The notes below the pieces were generated by a model. It made no database searches. It saw only the letters and a list, made by a program, of their open reading frames with translations, and was not told where the DNA came from. A DNA stretch of 59,682 nucleotides, filler included, from Jimgerdemannia flammicorona (taxonomy: Eukaryota): NCBI GenBank assembly GCA_003990765.1. It is 3 parts of 3 records of this genome, joined end to end, with 100 filler letters (N's around TTAATTAATTAA, not from the genome) between each part and the next. Parts side by side here need not be neighbours in the genome. Positions count along the whole stretch, not along the records: positions 39,860 to 59,682 come from RBNJ01001842.1; 2 more parts are not named here. The stretch is one strand, 5' to 3'. The position numbers and the translations under genes are program-made. Below, one piece after another: positions 48,601 to 59,682 of this stretch; the first letter of the stretch is position 1, and each line of letters begins with the position of its first letter.

Positions 48601-51600
48601 CCCACTTTTCAATTAATCCCCAGAATGTCCAAACCCCCAATTCAATGCTGAATCCCATCTAATAGGGGCTCCAAGAAGAGGGCATATAAGATGGGTAACA
48701 AAGGGTCACCTTGCAGCACCCCCCAACTGAGTGGAAAGATTAAACCCCTATATCCATTAACTACCAATACTGCCTGACTGTTTTCCAAAAGAGTGATTAA
48801 TGACCTCCTGAACCCTTGAGAGACACTCACCTGTTTCAGCACTCCCTCTAGCCAGATTCTTCTCACTCTGTCATATGCCTTCTCCTGACTCAGAAATACC
48901 AATCTACCATCAACCCCAGCAGCCTGAGTCCCTTCAATCATACCATAGACCCAGGCTGTCCCATCTCAGATCAATCAACCACCAACAAATCCTCTCTGCT
49001 CTACTCCCAGTACTTGCTGAGCAATCCCCTGCAGTCTAGTCACCAAGACCTTTGTCACTAGCTTACAGTCCATGTCAAGGAGCATAATTGATTGCCAGTT
49101 CTTCTAATCTTCCCTTCTCTCCTTATCCTTATAGAGCAAGAAGATCAGCTCTAGGCACTGGCCCCCAATCCAAGTTCCAGACCAAAGAACCTCATTATAC
49201 ATTGCTGCCAACTCCTCCAATACTACCTCAACTCCAGCCATCTTTTTCCAAAAATCCCAGGGAAGTCCATCCTCTCCCAGAGCTGTCTCCTTGCTTGTTG
49301 AAGCCAGAACCTTACAAATTACCTCCCCCCTCACTGGGTCCCCCAGAGTCCCCAGGCCCATCACTGGGTCTGGATGCCAATCCTCCAACTGCCTTTCAAT
49401 GTCTGAGACATCCTCACCCCCTTCTTCCTCACTCCAAAGGTCCTCCCAGTGAGACCTTAGCAATTCCAGAATCGCTGGAGTCCCCACCACTATCTCTCCA
49501 TCCTCACCCAAGAGACCATCCCACCACTGTTTAGTTCTCTACACTTATAGCATCTATGATAAAAACCTAGTGGACCTTTCTCTCTCCTCCAATCCTTGCC
49601 ACCTTAGCCTCACCACCATCTCCTTCAGGTTAACCTCTTCCTCCAATTGTATCACTTTCTTAAGCTCCTTGACCTCCTTTTAAATCTGCACAATATACCA
49701 GTCTGCCACCTCCCATTCCTCAAGTGCCCTGCCCATCTCTTCAGAAGCACTGCTAGCCGCTGTAAAGCCCAAAGCACTCTCTGTTACCACTGAACACTCC
49801 TTCCTTTCCCTGTCTCCCTTCAGTATCTCTGAACACTCAATTTCAGTTTCTGCCAGCAATCTCTAATCACCAGGCCTTGCTTCAGCCACCTACTAATTTT
49901 TCCAATAACCTCCTCCTCTCAGGCTGCCCATAAAGCACCATCCTCCAACAAAGAGGAATTCAGTCACCAATGTCCAGACCCATCCCCACTTCCCCCAAAC
50001 CTCCCCCCCCCCTAGCAGACTCCAGTGATCTGACCATGGGCACTATACTACCTCTAGTGCAGTCCAGACATCTGCTCCCCTGCACTCTGCCATCAATACC
50101 CAGTCAATCCTAGAACCCAGCCCTTTTGCCCAGTGAGTATAAACTTAATGCTCTCTCTAGAACTGTCTTTCTGAGTCAACCAAAGAACTCAACCTCTCTA
50201 TCTCCATCCAATTCTCCAACCCCCCACTTCTGCTTCTCATTCCTCTCTTGCCATCAGTCCTATTTACCACATTATCTCTTACTATGTTGAAATCCCCCCC
50301 TAGGCAGTTGATCCCTGCCCCACCCACGACACCAGTATCTCTCAAATTCCTGATCCAATCTACCCATTCCCCCCCTTTCTGCCAGGCAATAATATGATCC
50401 AACTGTAAAAGGGCTCCATCCAGGCCACTTCCACACTCCTTATACCAACCAACTCCCCCAATATCCAATGTCACCAATGTCCCCCATCCCCTTTCAAACT
50501 AGGATACCCACTCACCAAAACCACACAGCTGCCCCCCCCCACTCTCTGGTTCAATCCTGTAAGTCCACATCTACCTTGTAATGTACATCCTACAGTAAAA
50601 AGAGATCTGCATCCAATCTCTTGAGTCAACCAAATATGAACTTTCACCAAGCTGCCCCCCTCAACCCATTCACATTCAAAGAGAATATTCTAGTTATACT
50701 GTTTATATTGAATAATATTTGAATTTGAGAACTGAGCCTAGTATTCCATGCTCATCTCATCCCCAGCCAGATCCAATTACCACTCTGCTTTCAGGTCACC
50801 TTCCACTATGGTCTGAGCATCCAATGCCTCCAAGATCTCTTGACATTCCACTCCATCCACCACCTCTATCTCTGCCTGATAATCTATGCAGACCACTCTC
50901 CACTTCTCCAAGCCCTTCCTCAAATTCTACAAGTATGCTGCTTGGTCATTTGCAATCTCTTGAAGTTCCTCCTCCTGCTGATCATCTACTTGATACTCAA
51001 CCAATTCCAAGAGTACTGCTAAAATCTCATTCCTAACCTTCCTTGGTACCTTCTCACCATAAAGGATTTCCTCCCAATACCTATCTTCCATAACCTGCAA
51101 CCTCTTCCCCCAGCTCCTCTACCACCACTCTCTCCAGCATCTTCCACAGCCACTTCTCCTCATCCACTGCCTCAGTGACACCCTGGACAACCCTCTCAAC
51201 CCCCATCACTGGGTCCACCAGAGCACTCCTTCTCACTGATTCATCCCACTCCTCCTCAGACACATTCAGCAATTCCTCCTTGTCCCCAGCTCTATCTGGA
51301 ATGCTATACTGAGGTTATACTCCCTCACTTATTTCCACATCCACCTCCATACCACCCTGCCCCTCCTTACTTGGTCCCCCTTGGGCCCCACCTTGGGTTA
51401 TCCTGTGCTCCCCAGCCCAGGCACTCTTCTACAGTTCTGCATCACCTTTGTCTGTACCACTATCTGCCCTACTGCCTCCCAACTTCTCCAGCAGCTCCTT
51501 CTGGATTTGCCTTCCCTGCATCTTCTCCCAGGTCACCCAGTCCATCCAGATCCTCTTGCCATCCACCAATTCCACCACCATCTTGGCTTCATACTCCTTC

Positions 51601-54199
51601 CAAGCCAAACACCTCCTCTCAACTGCTCCTGCCAGATCTTCAAGAGCCTCTAGCAAATTCTCCTCCTCTTCTTGTATCCCTTTCACCCATGAGACCTTAC
51701 ACTCCACTGGACCCCACTTGAGAGTCACCAGCTAGTCCCTTGTCTTCTCTATGTTCTCCTTTCCAGCCAGCCTCACCTGGACATTGACATCTCCAGTCCA
51801 GAGCTCAGTACCCTCCCAGACACTGAACCTGATGTTCACTATTTCCCCATACTCCTTGACCACTTCCACAATCAACTCTCTGGCCCTCTCCCTCAACACC
51901 ATAGGAAGATCCAGCACCATCAACTGTACCATCCAGGGATTCCAGCACATGCACCTGGCCATAGGGACCACTACTCTACCTACCATTACTCTTCTCCATA
52001 GCTGCCAATAACAACTCCTCTTCCTCAAACCTGACCTCGATCCCTTCCTTCTCCTTCAAGAACTTCACTAATACTGCCCCATTCATCTCCTACACTACCA
52101 GCCCCAAGATCATCCTCATGGTCACCACCAAGCCTCTGAAACACAGTGTGATGGTGAATTCTAACCTTGATTTCTTGAGTAACAGTGCTACCACCAAACC
52201 CATCACACCATCTGCCAGATCCCTGGACCTTATGCCCCCCCCCTGTCCTGAACTACCAACCATCATTATATCTGGATTTTTTTCCAGATCCCCTATCATG
52301 GCTCCATCAGCAGTCACATCTCCAGCCCCTACTCCCCTCCCTCTCCTACTGCTTGACTCTCCCAAGGGGGCCCCTTTCTGTCTCTCAACAGTGGCTGTCA
52401 AAGACTTCCCTAGGCCCAACCAACTATCTAGCCCAGATGTCATTCTCCCCATCTTGACCTTGTCTGCAAAGGTCATCCTCTCTCCTTCTCATTGTCTCAA
52501 TCCACCTCTTCCTCTGCCTCCAGCACCACAGCCCACCATAGAAGACCCCAGTATTCCCAAACCATCACCACTCCTCCTTCCTACATGCTGTCAGTCAAAG
52601 GCACTGCTGCCCCCCTGGCCAACATGCTCATCAGTATGATCATTGCTGTCCATATTATTAGTCGCCTTCTACCAAAAACATTATCAAGAGTATTGTCTGA
52701 GTCTTGTGTCACCTGAATTTTACTAGTGAAATGTGTATTGAGACTATTCATTATCTAGGGATCTACTTCTCAGTGTATAACTCCTTGTTATCTTGCAGAT
52801 GGTGGAAGCAGTGGTTGACAGAGTGGGGCAGTACTCTCTTGGGGTAGGGTGATCATTATATATCTCTAGCAGAGAGGGTGATAGTGCTGAATGTATACTG
52901 ATTGCCTAAGCTATAGTACCTGGGGTACTACTGGACTTTTCAGTATAGGTGGTTAAGAGATTATTGAAGTTGGTCAGGATCTGGATATGGATAGGGCAAC
53001 AGAGTCAGATTGGCTGGGAGGTATTGACCTCACCAGTATACTGAGGAGGACTGGGTCTGGTGGATTTTTCCAAGTATCTTTATTACTTATGAGCATAGTG
53101 GCTGAAGCAAGCTAGTGAGTTGAGAGATAGTGAGTGGGTTCCCCTCATACAGAGGATGTGGAAGGCTCAGTTCTCCCCTTATGGTGTGACAGGAGACCTA
53201 CTATCTCTGGTGGCTTTGGAGGAGAGTCAGAGGATGTGCTTTCAAGGTTTCTGGTAGGGGTGGTTGATGGGGCTCACTGTATTGGTCTCTGATAGTAGAG
53301 TGATGAGGGGGAGGAGGACTGGGGACCCCAGATGTGGAGGTGGGACTACCTTCTGCTAGACAGGGCACCAGTAGAGGACTTCTGCTTAGAGGATGGTATG
53401 GAGTATCTGCAGGAGCATAGGAGGGATCTGTGGCCTGGGATGTGGCAGAGGGTAGAAATTGGAGAAGAATGAAATTAGAATAGTATTTAGTTATAGAGTA
53501 AGCAGATGGTGAGATAGATTCCCTCTAAGTTCTGAGTGACATGGTAGAGACATCTTTAGTACAATGTGATATTGAACTACTGGTCAGATCATTTGGTGAA
53601 AAGAGGTATCTGGGAGTATGAGGAGTGCCTGAATATTGAGCAGGAGGGGGGAGTGGTACAGATATCTAAATATTGGCTAGAGGAGTATGAGGTAATGAAG
53701 GACTTTTGGAGTACAATTGAGGTACAACTGAGAATTCATCCATCTGGACTAGTGGTAGGGGGGAGGTGGGGTGATCTCTGGAGAAGGTTGGTGGGAGGGA
53801 TGAGAGATGAGTAGCTGATATTGAGATGGGTGTTGACTATTTGGGTCAGGCTTGCTGGATATTAGTTATATGTATTTGAGGAAAATCAATAGTTGATGCT
53901 GGGGGTGAGAGTTGCTAGATGGAAGTGGTTAATGTTCAACTTATTGAATGAGTGGTGGAGGGGGTAGAGTGCTGGTTGAGGGTATCAGCAGCAACTAGTA
54001 GAGATAATTTGTAGGAAGAGTAGAGGGAGAATAGAGATAACAGAGGAGATGCAGTATTTTAGAGAAATGGTATGGGGGGGGAGGGGCTTCCTTGTGGGAT
54101 TGAGTGAGGGGTTTATTTGTATTAGTATAATATAGATAGTTTGGTAATAAAGTGGAAGTCCTTGAGATTATTAAAAAAAAAATAAAAATAAAAATAAAA
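42679..54199 (+). mobile_element. Full-length L1/Tx1-like LINE (outer), degenerate
   Basis: ORF1 from about 42930, APE start RIFSLNINGL near 44680, RT motifs WKNWRLIILLNIDHK, QEKAYDRV, QGDPLS, FADNMVV. Resumes at 52755. Poly(A) 54173-54199. TSD ATTAGATCTAGTACA (42664-42678) / ATTAGATCCAGTATA (54200-54214). Confidence 0.85.
46964..52739 (-). mobile_element. Full-length L1/Tx1-like LINE nested in the outer LINE
   Basis: Perfect 15-bp TSD GAGACTATTCATTAT (46949-46963, 52740-52754). Poly(A) at 46964-46977. ORF1 from 52476, APE (IFSLNVNGL, LGGDFN), RT (QEKAYDRV, QGDPL, FADNMVV), C-terminal CEEC motif. Confidence 0.92.
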
Positions 54200-54819
54200 A
54201 TTAGATCCAGTATAGACTGAGTCTCAATCTTATATCAGAACTAGTATTAACTATTATTCAGACTATAGATATATATATATATAGTAGTATCTATCTATAT
54301 AGAGATATTTAGAACAAAAGGTAAAAATTCTCATTGATATAGAAGTAGTTATATATCTGTATTATTGCTAAGAAGTTCTTAGATACTCTATAGTGACCCA
54401 TTGATAAACTATTTAGTCTCAGTATTATACATAGTAGTAGGTAGAGTCCAAACTTAACCCTTGAGAGATATCTAAAACATCACTATTACTCTTGGTCATA
54501 ACTAGTTCTCTATCTCTAATACTATTGTTACTGAGGCTGTCATCTATAATATAATTCTTAATATCAACTAGATGAAGAAATGAAGACAGATATTGATATT
54601 GATCAATAGGTACTCAAATTTAACTATAGAGAAAAGAAGTATTTGATTAAGATAACTAACTTTAAGCAATCTAAGAAGAAGAAAAAAGTCATTATTTTAA
54701 AAGAATATATCAGTAGTAAGAAATCTATATAGATAAAGAAGAATCTTAAAATAATAATGACCTAAGACTTTATCCATAAATTAACCTAATAGATGATAGA
54801 CCAGAAGATAACATATTGA

Positions 54820-57800
54820 TTTATTTATTTTATTTTATTTTATTTTATTTTTTTTCTTAGACTGCACTCTTTATTAAACCCTCTCATCTATATTGTATAT
54901 ATAATACACTGAACCCACTCCTATCCAATCCCCCTAAGGGACCCCCTCCCCCCTATATCCTCTTGATTAAAAACCGTAAGATCATTAAAAATCTCCACCC
55001 TCCCACCACTCAGCTCACAGATCCCCTCTACCAGATGGTGCTGATACCCACTCTGGAGATCCCACCTGACCCACCATCCTATCAGTATATCTCCCATCAA
55101 CCCCTCCCATCTTAACAATTTCTTCTACAGTCCCAGCTATTGCCCCTCCTCAAAAACAAAGAGCTAATGTCCAGCCATCTACATCCAAACTACCAACACC
55201 ACCTTATCATGAGCCACTCATTCCCCACCCCTCTCACCAACCTAGCTTTCAAGTTCTCTCAGCGACCTCTCTCTCCATCTGGCCTTCTCTTGACCTCCAG
55301 CCTATCCCCTATAGCTACCCAAAAGTCCCCCAGCACTTCACACTCTCTCAGCCAATATTCTGGTATCTGCACCAATCCTCTAACTTGTTCTACATTATAG
55401 CACTCCTTGCATTCTAGGAGACCACCCTCTACTAGATAGTCAGAGCAGAAATTCAGCATGATATTTCGACATAACATCCTCCACCATACTACTCAGAATT
55501 TAGGAGGGAGCCATTGCTCCACCTCAGTACACTATGACCAGACTCCTACCCAGTCCCACCCCTTGCCAATCTCCACTGCCTGCCATCCACTAGGCTAAAG
55601 ATTCTGGCCAAGACCCTGCTGGTACTCCACTCCATCTCCAATATCAAATATAATAAGTAGCATATCCATCAGTAGCAATCTGTCTCATTGCCACATAGCA
55701 GGGCCCAACAGTATATTCCCCTTATTGCCACACTAGTACAAGCCAATGCAGTGTACTCTATCTGCCACTCTCCACCAAAATCCTTTGTACCTTATTCAGT
55801 GACTCCCACCTAGCCCTACTAAAGATAGCAGATCTCTTATAGACCCTCTTGGAGAGGACCTCATCTCCCACTTCTGCAACAGAGGCACCCATCTACCTCC
55901 TCGCAGCTCTACAGCATACTTCAACCACCAAGCTCTCAGACAGTGCAGTCTCCTAGAGAAATCCACAAGCCCTAGTCCCCCATGATCTACTGGCTTCAAC
56001 AGGGTATCCCAGCTGATCTTGGACCTCCTTCCAGCCCAGATCCAATCCCTAGCCAATTTCATCAGCCTCTTCACCACCCAAGCAGGAAAGTCTAAATGAT
56101 AAGTAACATACTACAGCTTAGAGAGCCAGTAGACATTCAGAATAGACACCCAGCTGATCAGGGAGATATAGCGACCTCCCCAACCTCCAAGAGCCTCCCC
56201 CCATATGGCCACCCTCCTCTCCCACTATATCTGTAGCAGGACAGACCCATATACTAAAAGGAAGATGCCCAAATACCTCACAGCCTCTCCTGCAGGGACA
56301 ATTGTTCCAATGATGTCTCCTCTCACCAAACCATTTCCCAGCACTATTGTCTCATACCTATGCCAGTTGAGTTTCACTCCAGAGTACACCTCATACCATT
56401 CCACTGTCTCTCTAAGAGCCTCTACATCTATCACTGATCCAAGAACAACCACCATGTCATCTGCAAAGGCCCCCACCTTCAACACTATATCATAAATAGA
56501 GAGCCCTGTCACCTTCCATTAGCTTCTATCTATCAAAGGTTCTAGTGAAAGAGCATATAGTATAGGAGACAGTGGATCCCCCTGAGAGACTCCTCTGCCC
56601 AGGGGAAATGCTATGCCCTGATGACTATTTCTCATCAATGCTGCCCTACTGCCCTCCAACAGCTTCAATATAGAAGCTTGAAATAGCAGGGGAATACCAA
56701 TTATGTTCAAAACCTTATCCAGTCATACCTGCCAAACATGGTCATAGACTTTCTCCTGATCCAAGAATACCAATCTCTCATTCAATCCATAAGCCCAGGC
56801 CCCTTTAATGACACCATATACCCAGGCTGTCTCATCCCTGATAAGTCTGCCTCTAACAAAACTACACTACTCCTCACCCATCACTTGTTGGGCTATCTTC
56901 TGTAATCTCACCATGATTACTTTCATTACCATCTTTCATTTATATCCAGGAGCATAATCAGCCTCTAGTTCTTCCAGTCCTCCCTCTTTTCCTTGTCCTT
57001 AAACAATAGGGCCACCAACTCTAGGTCCTGTCCTCCAACCCATTTACCCTTCAGAAGGACCAGGTTGTATAGAGCCACCAACTCACCCAAAACCCCAGAG
57101 ACCCTCACCATCTTCTTCCAAAAGTCCCAAGGTAGTCCATCCTCTCCTGATACAGTTCCAAGTCTAGTAGTTGCAAGGACTCTCTGGATATCCTCCTCTT
57201 GAACTAGAAGGACCAAGTCTCCCAGCTCCTCAGCCTGTGGTAGCTCCCAGTTCCCTAGAGTATCTTCAATCTCTTCAGCATCAGCCCCCCCATCCTCCTC
57301 ACTCTACAGACCCCTTTACTGCTCCTTCAGCAGTCCCAGGATCTGTTTTGTGCCATGTACCAGTCCTCCCTCAGCATCCAGGACTCTATCCCACTGAGGA
57401 GCCTTAACAGGTACCTAGTAGGCCTCTCATCCTCCTCCAAACTCTGTCACCTCAGCCTAGCTGCCATACTTTTTATATGCATCTCTTCCTCCTCTCTCAG
57501 CACCTATTATAACTCCACTACCTCAGACTTAGTCTACACCAATCTCCAATCTTCCACCTCTCCAGAATTTTACAAATTCATCTATTCCAACCTCAATCTA
57601 ACCAATCTATTAGATGCCCATCCACCCTCCTCCTCCTCTATCTTCTAGCATCCCTACCAGCCCCACCCCAGTAAGCCCTCACAGCCTCTTTCAACTTCAT
57701 CCACTAGACACTCACTGGTGAACCCTCATGTATCCAATAAGCAATCTTTACCTAGATGTCCTCTGCCCATGGGTCCCACAGTTCCTTCTCAGCCAGCAGG

Positions 57801-59682
57801 GAGAATTTGAGGTACCAATGTCTGGGTCTATCTCAACTCCCCCCAAACTGCCTCTGCTCTAACAGACCCCAGTGGTCTGATCAAGAGCACTACTCAACCA
57901 CCAAGGTCTTCCAAACATCTATACCCCAACATTTGGCTGTCAGGATCCAGTCAATTCTTATTCCCAATCTATTTACCCAGTGCATGTAGATCCTCTTTTC
58001 TCCCCACAGTACTCTGCCCCAATCTCTTAAGGAGCTAAGGTTCTCCACCTCCTTCCATGCATCCAGCCCCCCACTCCTTCTATCAGTACTCCTCTCTCCA
58101 TCTGTTCTATCCAACTGAAGGTTCCACACCATATTGAAATCACTACTTAGGACATCTACTCTATCCTCTATAAAAGTGCCCTCCTCCAACAGATCCTTGA
58201 TCTATACAATTCTCTCACCCTGAGCAGCCAGGCAGTAACAAGAGCCAACTCTCACCAGATTCCACCCAGGTCTAGTCCATTCCCCCCATACAAGATGGTC
58301 TCTCTAGCTCCTAATTTCACCCAAGTTCCCTTTGTCTCTCCTCACCAGAATCACCACCTTTTCACACCATACTACAGCTCCTTCTCATTCTCTAGTCCAC
58401 TCCACTTAATCCAGATCATCCTTACATCACACATCCTACAACAGAAAAAGATCAGCCTTCAATCTCTTAAGCCAAGTGAAAATGTTCTTATACCACCCAG
58501 AGCCCCATGGCACATTCACATTCAGTAAAAAAATGTTAGTTGTACTGTTTATTGGGAATAATAATGTTAATTGTCCTGCCTATCCTCTATAAATCCATAC
58601 TTATCCTCTCCCTTGCTAGGTCCAAGTTATGCTCTGCATCCACTTCCTCCTCTTCAGTCACCTTTGCCTCCAATCCAACCAGAAGTTCAGCCAATTCCCC
58701 ATCCTCCTTCTTCTCAAATTCCTCTTGATACTCCAGACAGGCCTCTGGGCAGAGCTGTAGTCCTCGATGCTCTGCCCAACAGTATGCAGTCTACTCACCA
58801 GTAACAATTACCAGCTCAGCCTCCCTCTCCTTATCAACCTCATACCCCTCCTCCTTAGGAAAATTGCAAGTACCTCTGCCTTCAGTGCCCCCACTACTCC
58901 ATCACCATGCAGAATCTGTGCCTAATACTCCTCACTCATCACCCTCAGGTCTACCTCCCCCAACTCTTCAGCCATGAAGTTGTTCATCATCTGGTATATC
59001 CACAGCAGATTGCCCACCTCCTTCCCTCCTGGAGATGCTGGCCTTTCTGTACTCAGCATTGTGGTATCAGCCCCTATACTTGCAGTCTCATTCCACTCCT
59101 TCTCCAGCACATCCACTAGCTCATCCTTACCAACTACTACCACCTGAACCCCTTTTGTCATATCTAGAACTCTAAAGTATACATTCTGGACACCATGCAT
59201 TCTCACATCCTCTGTCATCTGGCTCCTCACAGCTGGACCTCATCTGACCAGAGAGAGTGTGTCATCCAAGTCTTGTTCCCAGACTTCAAATGTACCATAT
59301 GTATATGGGTCATTGTGTGGTGGCTTCCCTGCCCCATCCTAACTCTCCTTGACATTACCTTCTCTCTTACTAGCCCAGACACTTGCTTGAACACCCTGAG
59401 ACTCCTCAACATCACCCACATTTATCTTTGCCCTTCCCTCTAGGCTCACCAGAAATTCTCTCTACCTCTTATGCCCCTGAGCCCTCTCCCACTGCCTCTT
59501 GTCAGTGCAGAGATATTTCCCATCTATAATCTCCAGATGCATTGACTCCACATACATATTCCAGGCCTTCACTCTCCACTCAACTGCCCCACTCAACTCT
59601 TCCAGAGTCTTCAACAGATCCTCCTCCTTCTCACTCTCTTTCACCCTTGACACCTTACAGATGAAGACCCCCCACAACATAA
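54820..59682 (-). mobile_element. L1/Tx1-like LINE, 5' end beyond window
   Basis: (TAAAA)n/poly(A) tail 54820-54855. RT motifs GVSQGDPLSPILY and VGAFADDMVV, APE SSDFNMV, Cys-rich CKEC, ORF1 remnants 58560-59680. Confidence 0.88.

Larger units (their letters stand above)
41700..54815 (+). mobile_element. Very old Ty3/Gypsy gag-protease remnant split by a LINE insertion (pieces 41700-42663 and 54215-54815)
   Basis: AT-rich eroded sequence on both sides of the LINE TSD. KVKILIDIEVV near 54318-54350 resembles a mutated protease L.D(T/S)GA motif. Confidence 0.4.

Overview
Eukaryotic, intron-rich fungal DNA. The gene and repeat style suggests an early-diverging fungus such as Mucoromycota; this is inference only. 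The window is three contigs of about 19.8 kb each, joined by artificial N44-TTAATTAATTAA-N44 linkers (19831-19930, 39760-39859), so adjacency across the linkers is probably not biological. Contig A (1-19830) is gene-bearing. It holds a PA-domain M28 aminopeptidase (partial), proteasome beta-4 (PRE1/PSMB2), a universal stress protein, a bacterial-type PLP-dependent decarboxylase, 2OG-Fe(II) oxygenase and F-box/LRR pseudogenes, and TE debris. Contigs B and C are nested, C>T/G>A-eroded transposon graveyards. They contain Ty3/Gypsy remnants (one with a chromodomain), several L1/Tx1-like LINEs with TSDs, a ~1.2 kb non-autonomous poly(A) retroelement family, a processed SKP1 retrocopy and a hAT MITE. 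The top candidate system is a 6.5 kb hAT DNA transposon (28935-35466; TAGTGCT termini, 8-bp TSD). Convergent to its transposase it carries a spliced passenger gene with an HxD...H double-stranded beta-helix signature resembling fungal TET/JBP-like DNA dioxygenases. This could be a transposon-borne anti-silencing or epigenetic-editing module in a genome whose repeats are heavily eroded by cytosine transitions. This copy is inactivated by nonsense mutations.
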